Assembly: GCF_004010195.1 (NCBI RefSeq)
Contig: NC_057736.1
Location: forward strand, 13,388,123 to 13,452,122
From: Chiloscyllium plagiosum
Lineage: Eukaryota
Direction: 5' to 3'
DNA: 64,000 bases
Shown here: positions 37,051 through 49,927 of the stretch, piece by piece
Position numbering within the stretch: the stretch's first letter is position 1
Layout of the letters: each line of letters starts with the position of its first letter
Notes under the pieces: model-generated
What the model was told of the DNA's origin: nothing
Databases searched by the model: none
What the model saw: the letters and a program-made list of their open reading frames with translations, nothing else
Translations under genes and position numbers: made by a program

Positions 37051-38858
37051 CACACTTCTGTCCTTTCACACATATAGCGCTAGGTTTCTGATCGACATCA
37101 ATGTTATTCATTTCTCTGTATGCTGAAATATCTCCCTTTTTCTGGACGACCTATGTATTTTAATCTTTAACCCTGGTGCTCTCATTCTATTTCATTCTGT
37201 TCTTCCTTTTGATGAATCTTTAATCATTTATTTTCTATTTTAATTTTTTGGATTTATTTTACTTCCATAGTTTTTGGATTTTTCTGTATTAGTACTCTGG
37301 TGCTTATTTCAATGCTAACATTTTAGTTTACCATTTAATTGGTCCAGACAAACAGATCTTTTTAATTTTGGCCTATTTCCAACTAAGAAAAGCAATTAAA
37401 AGTGTATTTTTCTGCCACTTTCAGATTATTTCCCTATTTCTTCCTTGGGCACTTCAAAACTTTGTGTTCACTTGTTCAAATTCCATTTTGACACTGATGG
37501 AGAGTGCAGGTTTTCAGATTTGCAAAAGGACACTGATAATTGTTTCTATGGATGCAAAAATCATTCTATGTTCGAGGCTTCAAAAACGAATATTTCAGTC
37601 ACTGAGAAAGGTTTTTAGTCTTGTTGTCAAACGCAACATTTATTTTTCTGTTTTGCATCGTGTTAGGAATGGTTTTGCCAACATTACTACTCAGAGATGC
37701 TGAAAAAGAGGGTTGTGATGTATCTTAGTAGAAAGGTGATCCAAGCCTGGTCCAATCTGAAAGAGAAATTGAAAAGACAAATTGTATATTGCAGATATAT
37801 AATGTCTTTCAGAATCTTGATGCAACAAACTACTTTTCAAGTGTATCATTGTTGTAAGGTGGGATTCATTTCAAAAGGCCATACTTTAAAAAAAAACCCT
37901 TCAAAATTTAAATTAAGGCTAACAACAGTAACTAAGAAAAATGATAACGAGAAGTGAGTAAAGTTAATGTTTTAATAAAAATACTCAATCATTGTTCAAG
38001 TTTATACGTATACAGCTGTTAGTTTTATACAGGAATAATATTAAATAAATGCAGCGAATGAATTGGAAAGATCAGAAGCAGTGAAGAAAAAGACAAATGG
38101 ATGCAGACAAAGGACATAATTATAAAAGTCTCGGAAAGCAGTGACAGGTACAGCAGATTTCTTTGAACTAGTGTAATGATAATAGAAGCTATTGCAGTTG
38201 ATTATATAACTACATCTTGGCATTTTCTTCCATTTCCCCCCTCCCAAAATGATTACCCATTATGCCTTTGTTCAATAATTTCAGTATGGCCTGGTTTCAA
38301 AAGACAATTATAGGAAAACTTCTCAGTTTAATATAAACCGTATTTGTCCATTTACAAAGTGAATAGAAATGTCTGAATTGTGCATGTGAATTAATTTTAA
38401 AAATAAACCACCTTGTGGAGGATGTTGTGGTGATGTCTGTTTCTTCGAGACAAAAAATAATGTTTTTGTCCTGAAAGCAGAGCCTGTTAGACTGGGGAGG
38501 TTGCTTTTCAAAAACAAAAATCTCTGGCTTTTATAGTTAAGAATTTAGTTGACTGAAATAAAGGGGCTAAAACTGGTGTGAAAGTAATATCAATGCAAAC
38601 TATATGCCGTCAGTAAAAAATATTTGCATATACATGAGTGAACATGTAATAGTACACACAAATGGTATGTAAAAACACAGATAAAAAGTATGGTGTATAT
38701 GTTGACTTCGATATTACTGTAATGGTTTGTCAACCGTTTCATATGGTTATCTGATTGTGAGCTATCTGATGCATCTCAGCTGATGGTCAAGGACCTAAAA
38801 TTGTGTCACCGATTTGTTTAAATTAAAATTTACTTAACCCTTTTTTGTCTCATTTCAG

Positions 38859-38866
38859 CCATCTGA
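38859..38866 (+). CDS. AK2: Candidate alternative terminal exon of AK2 (AK2B-like), coding part
   Basis: Branch-point-like tacttaac plus polypyrimidine tract tttcag|CC ATC TGA; joining to internal donor T|gtaagg at 31490 gives ...GAAS-I-stop. Confidence 0.55.
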
Positions 38867-41017
38867 AAATTATGATGCCCGAGACACACTTTTCCCAGCC
38901 ACCAATGTGCCAACAATCAAGGTTTATTATGTCAAGTTTATATAATGTTGAAGGGGATGGTGGTGGTAGGTTACAGAATGTAGGAGGGGATGTTGGTGGG
39001 TTATGAAAGTGCAATTCCATTTTAAAATTCTGGTTTATTATTATTGGGATTTATGAGGGCTTTTCAGCAATCAAACTTTTAAACCATTTTATTTTATTGA
39101 TCATATAATAGGAAAAGGAAGTATTTGTGGGGGTAGTGCGAAATCTAATTTTGTGTAAAAATCCTGAGCTAATTACTGCCCACTTTTTTTTTCCTTGCTC
39201 TGATAAAAGTGCACACAGTATTACACTTTTTGGGGTCACTGTGTAATGAAGGGCATGACTGTTACTAGTATCAAATGCTTTTCAAAAAGAATATTAGTTA
39301 TGATTGAACAATAAAGTTAAAATAGTTGCATTGACTCTGGTATTACTAGAGTTTGGTCCAGCTGATTACAGCTCAATTTTAATATTCATGTCAATAAAAA
39401 GGATAATTCATCACTGTTATTTTCATTTTATAAATATATTTTTACTAACTTGGAGATGACTATTTTTGAAATGCATAATTCAGAATTGATCAGTCATGAT
39501 GAAATATTGAGTGCAAAGGCAGTTTAACTGCGAGCATAGTTTTAAAATGTGTGCCGAAAGAGATTGGACATTTCAGTCCTTTTCAGTATGAAATCTAGAA
39601 TTCAATAAATACTAGTGTGACTCAGCATAAGCTTTTCTGTTGAATCTTTTATTAAATTGATTAATGATATGTGTCCACTAAAATATTAACCATTGTACTT
39701 TATAGTTACAAGTGTTAAAGAAAAGGTTGACCTAAATTAATTATCAAGCCACCTGGTTAATGATCCTTTAGCCTGACTGAAGAATCATGTTAACACTTGT
39801 CCCCCATGTAACATGAGGTATAGCAGATGTGTCAAGTTATACTACAGATGTCTAAGTAGCTGATTCTCGACTGTATTTCCTCCATGTCTCCAAACTAATG
39901 TCAAGGATGCGTTCATTAAAACGTCCTGGGCAGTTTGATGCTTGGACACTCCATGCAGATTTTTGAATAACCCCAGTCTGTATTGACTTTTAATTCAGTT
40001 ATTAAAAGCAAACTGCTGATGCTGGAGATGTCTGGTGGCTTTTGACAGAGAAACAATTAATTCCAATATGACTGTTCTCTGGAACTCCTGTTTATATAAG
40101 TATTGTTTGACTACTGTCTAACTTGGAACATGACTGAGAATCATGAGGTTTTCATTTCTGTTGTAACCTTCCGTGGTGGTCCATATAGCTGCAGTATGTG
40201 TATATCAACTTCAAAACAAACTGAGTTTCTACAGATGCGATTGGAGATTTAATGGCAGGTTAAAGCAACATTGGGTTCAAGTATTAATGCTTGTTGCATG
40301 ATTGTAACATTTTTATGTGATTAAAGAGCAAAATTAATTGTTGAGGGTTTCAACTTTTAGAAGCCTTGAATTACCCTAAATAAGAAACATCTTCACACAT
40401 TAATTTTATTTAAAACACTTGAAAATTAAATACTTTCAAAATTTTGACATTAAAATGGGGCGCAGGCGAATGGTGTGGAAGAAACTGACTATGGTTGAAA
40501 AAGAACCTTTAGGTCCTACAGTTTGTTTTGTACAGTAGTCAGCAATTGCTTATACATTCAGTGTAGAAGTGCTAGTTTATGTTGCAAGCAGCTGCTGTGG
40601 GCATGACTCCTCTGGTATTATCTGAAGCTTCAACTATTACAGGGTGGGACATTGAACTACAGGACCTGGCATGCATGCCTAGGGCTGGGGAGAAAGGTTG
40701 GCAAATGCAGATTAGATAGGTGGGTTGGGTGGGGACTTGGAGGTGCTATGCTTATGGGATTAATGAGGACTACTTGAAGGGTTTTTGATGTTTGGGGATT
40801 CACCTATGTGGCCAGGCAGGTACAAAGAGACTTGCATGAACATGATAGTCAATAGTGAGCATATATTAGATTTAGAATAGCCTTTATTGTCACGTACTTT
40901 TAAATGCAGTGAAAACTTTGTAATGTTACCGTTTTGGTGCCATCTTAGTTACAGGATACATAGATACAGATGCAGCACTCAGTTACAGAATTGAAATAGG
41001 GGTTGGTAACTAATGAA

Positions 41018-41344
41018 AGTGAGGTCTGCAGATGCTGGAGATCAGAGCTGAGAGTGTTGCTAGAAAAGCACAGCAGGCCAGGCAGCATCTGAGGAGCAGG
41101 AGAATTGACATTTTGGGCTGGAGCCCTTCATCAGGAAGGGCTGAATGTATGAGCAATTGCTGACCGCTGTAAACAAAAAACCTGATGGACCTAAAGGTTC
41201 TTTTTCAACAAAGTCAGTTTCTTCCATACCATTCGCCTATGCCCCATTTCAACTTCAAATTCATCATTCCTGATGAAGGGCTCAGGCCTGAAACGTTACT
41301 TCTCTGCTCGTTGGATGCAGCCTGACTTGCTGTGCTTTTCCAGC
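41018..41344. mobile_element. Palindromic PLE insertion enclosing an inverted copy of local DNA
   Basis: Arms 41018-41137 (-) and 41262-41344 (+), hammerhead motifs at 41107-41134 and 41270-41297; TSD aactaatgaa at 41008-41017 and 41345-41354. Confidence 0.85.
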
Positions 41345-43319
41345 AACTAATGAAGCATGTTTGGGATGATAGTGCAAGAAATCTCACCGTGCCTCATAGA
41401 ACGAAACCCGACGTGAAACCCAACAAAATTGACATTTAGTTAAAATATGAAATTCAGCCCATTGTTCTTAGTAGTATCTTTTTTAAAAATTGCAACGTAT
41501 TTGTAAAATAGATGCAAGTTGCACCTAAACTGATATTTTGAAGGACAGCTGTAAGGGTGTTTTTGATTTTAACTATAACCTAAGGTCTTCGATCTTCAAC
41601 AATTGTGATAGTTAATGGGAAATACCAATGATAAGCCAAGTATTGACTAATGCGATCTTTTATGATGACTTATACAGTGCACCTAACCTTCATTTTCCAA
41701 TTAAATGCAATTAAGATTGCTTTTCTGGCAACCAACATAAGGCATTGGTGGCTAGAGACATCTATGCAGACTCGATCCATTGCCATTGTGCTGCTTGGTT
41801 TAAGATAAGTGAACAAGTAAAATAAAAAAACACTAAGTTAAATGCTGCAAGAAAGAAAAAGTAACAATAGAAAAAAGGCTGTCAGGGAGTAAAGAACATA
41901 AAATTCTTATTTTCTATTGCAAATGCATTTTGACTCTTTAGCTCCTTGATTTCTTCGAGTTGTACGTCTCTTATCAGCTCGACCATTTATATTTCATCAT
42001 GTGTTCACAATCCTATGTAGGAATATTAAGACAGGCAAAAATTGAGATTAGTAAGTAATGAATGGTGTGATAACTTAGCAGCTTGGTTTGCTTTGAGGAA
42101 TAAGAATGGTTCAAACTTCCAATCCAGCACTTTTGTCATAAATTTAGTAGAACAAATGGCCATATTGTTCCTATTGAAAGGGGAAAAAGCTCTTGCTGAC
42201 AGCACCTGAAAGCATTGTATGTGATTTAGTGCTTTAGAACAGGTTAAATCAATTGTTAAAGTGTATTAACAGAAGGACATTGAACAAGTATTTTCCATAA
42301 AGCATACCTAATCTGCTTTAATGTTGGTTTTTGCTGACTCATTTCAACTCCGAGAAGAGATTTCATTTTCTCTCCAAACCTTGTTCTTCCCCAAGAACTC
42401 AGTGTACCACAAGAATCAAATGACGCATGATTTGCAGAAGGAATTGTCTGTTCTGCTTGCAAAGTTGTTGATTTCACTCAATTTTGCATCCTTCATTCAA
42501 TGTGATGACCACGGATAGAGTATTTATAGTTGTTAGATGATGCTTTTTAAAACTCAGAACAGACAAATAACAAGGAACAAGCATTAAACCTTACTTTCCT
42601 ATGTTGATGACACAAAGGCCTAGACTTTAGTTCCGATAGCGATGAATGCTGAGATGGACGCTCCACTGATTGTCCTTTCAGCTCCTATTAGAGTGTAGAC
42701 TTGGGCTGTTTGCCCTGTTCTTATTTACTTTTTTGCACAAATTTATTGGTTATGATCTTAGTAGTTATGGAGTCTGCCAAAAATGTGGTTCTTTAAATCT
42801 GAAAGAGTGTCTCTATGGTGCCATTAAACACCCACTCCTGCATCCAAGCTTATCCCACCTGTACCCCCATCCCATTGATGCTCATTACTAGTCCCATTCC
42901 CTGCCACTTCTCCTGCTTGTCATCCCTGACTCTTTAGTTCCACTGATGTTAGATCAGAGCCATTGGTGCAGTTAGGCTTGGGCTGAGAGGGATGGGTAAG
43001 GTGGGGAGTGACAACAGGGAGTGAGTAACACAAAATTTGAGAGCTAGCACAAAGGATACAGTTAAAACAAGTGAAGGAACTTGGACTTCAATACCTCCAC
43101 CACATGTAATGGTTCAATCATGTAGGTTTTTATGAAGAGACTCAGTTTCACCAATGAGGCATAGGACAAATCCACATTCAACAATCTGCTCTGAAAACTT
43201 ATTCTGACAGCAAAGACCAATTGCTCCACAGCAGCTAAGACAATTCACAGCATTCTAAAACAAACATTTTAAATGTGGTCATAGTGTGAAAGGTTTAGGA
43301 GTATCCAAGACAGCATTTT

Positions 43320-45725
43320 AAGATAGCATGGAGAAGACCCTACAAGAGAGTCGGTGGTTCTAGACCTAATTTTAGGCAATGAGGCCGTGCAAGTGGCTGA
43401 AGTATCAATGGGAGAGCATTTTGCAGATGGCGATCCTAATTGTTAGTTTCAAGATTGTTATGGAAAAGGACAATGATGGGCCTAAAATCAGAGTTTTAAA
43501 CTGGAGAATGGCTAATTTTAATACAATCAGATATCATTTGACCAGAGCGGACTAGGAGCAGATATTTTTGGGCAAATCTGTGTCAGATCTGGGATGCATT
43601 TACGAAGAAAATAAGAAGAGTACTGTATCAACATGTTCCAATAAAAATACTGGGTAGGCCCAACAAATCCAATGAACTACTGACGTCAAAGAATGTGTAG
43701 GATTGAATAAAGAGAAAAAGGGAAGCTGATGACAGGTACCAAGGGTTTAAAATAGCAGAAGATCTAAAGGAAGTATGTGAAGAGCAAAAGATGAGGGAAG
43801 ACAAATATAGGTTCCTTACAACTGAAACAGGAGAAGTTATAATGGGAACCAAAGAGAAGGTAGACAAATTACCTACATATTTTGGTTCTGATTTCACAAA
43901 GAACACATAGTCTCCAACACATTTTTGGGATGATATGTGGTCTAGTGAGAGAGAAAAACAAAAGGAAATCTGTTTTAGTAGGGAAATGGTGGGAAAATCA
44001 AGAGGATAAAGACAAACAAATCATCACTCCTGATAATCTGCATGCCAGAGTAATTCAGGAAGTGGTCCAGAAATTAGTGGATGCATTTGGTGGTCATCTT
44101 TCAAGACTTATGGATTGCAGGCTCATTAGTTTTTGCCTCACTATTTTAGAAAGGAGGTAGAGAGAAAACAGAAAGTTATAGACCAGTTAGCCTGACATCG
44201 ATAATATAGAAAATGCTAGGGTCACTTATTAAAAAAATTAATAAGAAAGCATTGGAAAACTGACAGGATCAGACACAGTCAACATGGATTTACGAAAGGG
44301 AAATCATGCTTGACAAATCTATTGGAATGTTTTGAGGATATAGCTAGTAGAGTTGATAAGGGGGAATCTAGTAGATGTGGTTAACTTGGACTTTCAGAAG
44401 GACCCATGTAAGAAATTAGCATGTAAAATTAAAGCGTACAGCATTGGGGGTTGTGTACTGACATGGCAGACAGGAAACAGACTAGCAATAAATGTGTCAT
44501 TTTCTGAGTGTTAGCCAATGATCAGTGGGGTACTGCAGGGATCAGTGCTTGGACCCCAGTTATTCACTATATATATTAATGGTTCAGATGAATGAACTAA
44601 ATATAATAACTCCCAAATTTTCAGATGACACAAAGTTGGGTGGGAGGTTGAGGTGTGAGGGTACTTCACTGACCTCAGGTGAAGTGCCAGATGTCTGGAC
44701 GACAGCTAATGTGGTTCCTTGGTTCAAAAATGGCAGAAGGGATAGGTTAGATAATTAAGACCAGTTAGTCTGATGTCTTTGGTCAGGAAATTATTGGGAA
44801 AAGTCCTGAACGGCAGGATTAATCAAAATTTGGGAAGACAGGGATTGATGAGGGATATTCAGCACAGATTTGTTAGAGGGTGATTCTGCCTGATTAATTG
44901 AGTTTTTTGAAAAGGTGACTGAATATGTTGATGTGTTTTGCTGGACTTCAGTAAGGCCTTTGACAAGGCTCCACGTGGAAGGCTGGTCCAAAATGTAAGA
45001 ACTCATGGAATCCAGGGCAAATTGAAAAACTGTATTCAAAACTGTCGTGCAAATAAGAAGCAAAGGATGATGGTGGAAGGATGGTCCGGGTAGGATGTTC
45101 TTTAGAGGGTTGGTGTGGACTCAATGGGCCAAATGGCCTGCTGCCACGCTGATTCTATAATTCTAGAATGTAGGATCAAGGAAGGCTTGTTACAACTTTG
45201 TAAAAGATTGCTTAGACCACAGATAGAATACAGTGTGATGCTCTGGCCAGCCACACTAATAGGGACATGATTGCACTGGAGAGGGTGCAGAGAAGATTCA
45301 CCAGATGTTGCCTCGGATAAAAAGTCTCAGTCACAAGGAGGGACTGGAAAGGCTGGGTTTGTTTGCAGAGAAGATTGACTGGGAATCTATACAGCATTAT
45401 GAGAGGTATAGATAGAGCAGATCATGAGAATCTCTTCCCCATGGCAGATGTGCCAAAGACCAGAGGGCATAAGTTTAAGGTGAGCACTATTGGTTTAGCG
45501 GAGATCTGAGAAAAATCTTTCTCACCCAGAGGGTGGTAGATATATGGAATGTGCTGCCTGAGAGGGTGGTGGAACAGAAATTCTCATAACATTTAAGGAA
45601 TACTCAAATGAATGCCAGGGCATAAAAGGCTATGGACCAAGTGCAAGTAAATGGGATTAGTATAGTTTGGCATTTGTTGGTCAACATAGATATGGATGAC
45701 TGAAGAATCGGTTTCTATGCTATAT
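43320..45725 (+). mobile_element. Composite degenerate CR1 LINE fragments, with a SINE tail at about 45086-45165
   Basis: KFSDDTKLGG and GEVPDVWTTANVVPWFKNG motifs; CR1 3' end. Confidence 0.75.
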
Positions 45726-46832
45726 ATGATTACGACTACAGATGCTGGAGAACTAAAATAAAAAACAGAAAGTTGTGAAGAAACCCAGCCACGTCCGTGG
45801 AGAGAGAAACAAATTTTAGGTTGTGTCCGACATGTGTCTTCAGAACTGAAGAGAAGTGGAAAAGTAATAAGGTTTTTATGTTGTTGAAAATGATGGGGAG
45901 GAGGTGAGTTTGTTTTGTTTCATTAACTCATGACAAAATATAGATTGAGTCAATCATTTATCAAATTCTGTAATACTTGAGCCAATCATCACTATAACAC
46001 ACCGTGGGACAGTAAATGTTTAACTGATTAGCCTGGGTTTTGAAAACTTGGAGAAGTTCACATCCTGAGAGGATTGGAAGTTATATCGCTTTGCTGAAGC
46101 TAATGCTATAACAGTACGATTCTACCAGACAATAAGGGACATTGACTGTACTGAATGTGCAATCTGAGCTGGTTGACATCAAACAAGACATTCAGCAGAC
46201 TAATGTGCTTTATGTTATGCTTAAGCCAATATTACAACCTGGACTTTGAGAGACAAGTCTGCAATGTCTCTGGGCTTTGGGTATCTGCACATGCACTGAC
46301 CCTGACACTGTTTGCTTCTTATCTCTAAGTAAAGCTCTTCAACTTGTTATAAACTGCGTGATTCTTTATTTACATTTATACACAGTCGGTTATCGAATAG
46401 AGCTCTCTGGACCAGTGGTTTTCAACTTGTGTGCCATGAGAACTATCCAAGTGTGCTGTGAAATTTTGTACAAAGGTAATGAAAAACAATGTAAAACAAA
46501 CATTGTTTCATAAAGTCATACAGCACGGAAACAGACCCTTCAGTCCAACAAGTCCATGCCAAACATAATGCCAAATTAAACTAGTCCCACCTGCCTGCTT
46601 CTGGCCCATATCCCTCTAAACCTTTCCTATTCATGTACTTATCCAAATATCTTTTAAACATTGTAATTGCATCCACATTCACCACTTTCTCAGGAAGTTC
46701 ATTCCACATGCGACCAGCCTCTGTGAAAAAATGTGGTAAAAACAATGACTGCAGATGCTGGAAACCAGATTCTGGATCTGTGGTGCTGGAAGAGCACAGC
46801 AATTCAGGCAGCATCCGAGGACAGGCAAAATT

Positions 46833-46860
46833 GACGTTTCGGGCAAAAGCCCTTCATCAG
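46833..46860 (-). ncRNA. Minimal hammerhead ribozyme motif, canonical core
   Basis: Reverse complement CTGATGA-A-GGGC(TTTT)GCCC-GAAA-CG-TC. Confidence 0.8.
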
Positions 46861-47345
46861 GAATAAAGGCAGAGAGCCTGAAGCGTGGAGAGATAAGCTA
46901 GAGGAGGGTGGGGGTGGGGAGAGAGTGGCATAGAGTACAATAGGTCAGTGGGGAAGGAGATGAAGGTGATAGGTCAGGGAGGAGAGGGTGGAGTGGATAG
47001 GTGGAAAAGGAGCGGGGCAGGTCGGACAAGTCCGGACAGGTCAGGGATCGAGTTGCTGGAGGTTAGAAGCGAGGATGAGGTGGGGGAAGGGGAAATGAGG
47101 AAACTGTTAAAATCCACATTGATGCCCTGGGGTTGAAGTGTTCCGAGGCGGAAGATGAGGCGTTCTTCCTCCAGGCATCTGGTGGTGAGGGAGCAGCGGT
47201 GGAGGAGGCCCAGCACCTCCATATCCTCGGCAGAGTGGGAGGGGGAGTTGAAATGTTGAGCCACGGGGCGATTTGGTTGATTGGTGCGGGTGTCTCGGAG
47301 ATGTTCCCTAAAGCGCTCTGCTAGGAGGCGCCCAGTCTCCATAAG

Positions 47346-47513
47346 ACTCATGTGTTGCACTGTGTATAATAAACTTCACTACAACACTCCTGTGTTACAG
47401 TGTGAATAATAAACTTCATTATAACACTCCCGTCTTACAGTGTGTATAATAAACTTCACTACAATACTCCTGTGTTACAGTGTGTATAATAAACTTCACT
47501 ACAACACTCCTGT
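47346..47513. repeat. 40-bp minisatellite, about 4 copies
   Basis: Unit tgtgtataataaacttcactacaacactcctgtgttacag at 47361, 47401, 47441, 47481. Confidence 0.92.
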
Positions 47514-49244
47514 AGGGCATCTTTGACCACGTGGGAAGGGAAATTGCGGTCTTTAAAGAAGGAGGCCATCTGGTGTGTTTTATGGTGGAACCGCTCCTCC
47601 TGGGAGCAGATACGGCGGAGGAATTGGGAATACGGGATGGCATTTTTGCAAGAGGTAGGGTGGGAAGGGGTGTAATCCAGGTAGCTGTGGGAGTTGGTGG
47701 GTTTGTAGAAGATGTCAGTGTCAAGTCGGTCGTCACTGATGGAGATGGAGAGGTCCAGGAAGGGGAGCCAGGTGTCGGAGATGGTCCAGGTAAATTTAAG
47801 GTCGGGGTGGAATGTGTTGGTGAAGTTGATGAGTTGCTCAACCTCCTCGCGGGAGCACGAGGTGGCGCCAATGCAGTCATCAATGTAGCGGAGGAAGAGG
47901 TGGGGAGTGGTGCCGGTGTAATTACGGAAGATCAACTGCTCTACGTAGCCAACCAAGAGACAGGCATAGCTGGGGCCCATACGTGTGCTACCCCTTTGGT
48001 CTGGAGGAAGTGGGAGGATTCAAAGGAGAATTTGTTAAGGGTGAGGACCAGTTCGGCCAAGCGAATGAGAGTGTCGGTGGAGGGGTACTGTTGGGGACGT
48101 CTGGAGAGGAAAAAACGGAGGGCTTGGAGGCCCTGGTCATGGCGGATGGAGGTGTAGAGGGATTGGATATCCATGGTGAAGATGAGGCGTTGGGGGCCGG
48201 GGAAACGGAAGTCTTGGAGGAGGTGGAGGGCGTGGGTGGTGTCTGTGAAAAAATGTGTCTCTTATGCCTATTTAAAATCTCTCTCCTCTCATCTTAAAAA
48301 TGTGCCCCCAAATCTTGAAATCCCCCATCCTAGGGAAAAGACAACTACTATTAAATTTATCTATTCGTCTCATTATTTTACAAACTTCTATCAGACCACT
48401 CTCAACCACCTAGGCTCCAGTGAAAAAAAGTCCCAGCCTATCCAGCCTTTCTTTATACCTCAAGTCTTCCATGCCTGGCAACATTCTGGTAAATCTCTTC
48501 TGAACCCTCACCAGCTTGATAATATCCTTCCTATAACTGGACAACTAGAACTGGACACAGTATTCCAAAAAAGGCCTCACCAAAATTACAACTCATAAAA
48601 CTGGTGAAAATTAATTATCAAAATAAAAATGCAGTTTTTTTTAATTTCCAGTACGTGAGCATTCTAAACTAGATGACCAAAAGGCAAAATTCAAATAATG
48701 TGATAGTTTTTACCTGTTATACTGGAATAAGACAAAACGAGCTAATGTTAGCATAGGTAGCTAAATTGACCATATCCACATTTTTTTCCAAAATTTATTT
48801 TGATACCACTAGTCTAAGAAGAAATGGATAAGTTTGTTGTCAAAAGAGTGAGTACCTTCACTAATTCAGTTGTTAATGAAAAATCTGAACCCTTCCCGCA
48901 AAAAAAAAGCCAGAACTATTCAGAAATTAAGAACTGTCTGGTTTCTGGATTTTTGTGGAAAAGGGATTTTTTTTCCCCTTACCTGAATTTTTCATCTTCA
49001 GACTGAAGTTGGAAAGAGCTGCGATAGTACCTTGTAAATTAAAATTCCATTTGCATACAGAAATCCATCTCTTGTGAATAAAGACATTCAGTACTTCCAA
49101 ACACTTGAAAGGACAAAGCATGGAGCAGGCCCAATGTCTGATGGAGTGTGCAGTTATCAATTAAAGCTCAAGAGGCTAGTTAACTGGTGGCTGAACTTGT
49201 AGCAAAATCAAAGAAGCTCTATACCTTTGCTGAAACCTTAATTA

Positions 49245-49297
49245 GCGCTGAAAGTGTGTTGCTGGAAAAGCGCAGCACACCCCAGGTCATCGAAGAT
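49245..49297 (-). mobile_element. 53-bp micro-insertion of PLE tail plus filler
   Basis: gctgaaagtgtgttgctggaaaagcgcagca; TSD tgaaaccttaatta at 49231-49244 and 49298-49311. Confidence 0.8.
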
Positions 49298-49637
49298 TGA
49301 AACCTTAATTACCCCTGCATGTAAAAATAATCATAGGTGTGACGTTAAGATTTGATGCCGCAAAACAGATCAACAAAATTCTTTTCTCTGATAATACAGT
49401 TGTCAGGAACAACAGAAAAAGAGCTCTTGTCAGTGGAGCGAGATTTGTAGGCAAGCCCAGGTTATACCACTGACCCAGTAAATCACAATTTACTGTACTT
49501 TGCATTTTGCTCTGATCCATTGAACTTCAATTGCATATCAGTTCAATTATTTAATAAAAATTGTAACTTAAAAATATTGTTACAAATGTGAAATGTCATC
49601 CTCAAAATTTGGACTCCTGAACTGCGTGTAGACAAAT

Positions 49638-49927
49638 TTAGATTAGATTTCCTACAGTGTGGAAACAGGCCATTTGGCCCAACAAGACCATACCAACCCT
49701 CCAAAGAGTAACCCACCCAGACACATTTTCCTCTGACTAATGTCACCTAACACTATGGGCAATTTAGCATAGCCAATTCACCTAACCTGCATATCTTTGT
49801 GACTGTGAGAGGAAACTGGAACACCCGGAAGAAATCCGCAAACTCCACATAGACCCGATGCTGGAATTGAATCCAGGTCCCTAGCACTGTGAATCAGCAG
49901 TGCTAACCACTCAGACACCATGCAGCC
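49638..49927 (-). mobile_element. tRNA-derived SINE (HE1-like)
   Basis: Homologous to 26605-26889. Confidence 0.85.

Larger units (their letters stand above)
46736..48241 (-). mobile_element. Penelope-like retroelement, 5'-truncated
   Basis: RT motifs MDIQSLYTSI, MGPSYACL, FLRYIDDC; C-terminal ETGRLLAERFREH; TSD tctgtgaaaaaatgtg at 46720-46735 and 48242-48257. Confidence 0.92.
46513..48582 (-). mobile_element. CR1 3' portion split by a PLE
   Basis: RMWNELPE...GLEGYG at 46581-46720, continues after 48257. Confidence 0.8.

Noticed and set aside
37368-37957. Adjacent ORFs in unique AT-rich DNA as extra exons
   Set aside because: No protein motifs or convincing splice pairing
47346-47513. Regular 40-bp repeats resembling a CRISPR array
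   Set aside because: Units are directly tandem with no unique spacers; eukaryotic context and no cas genes
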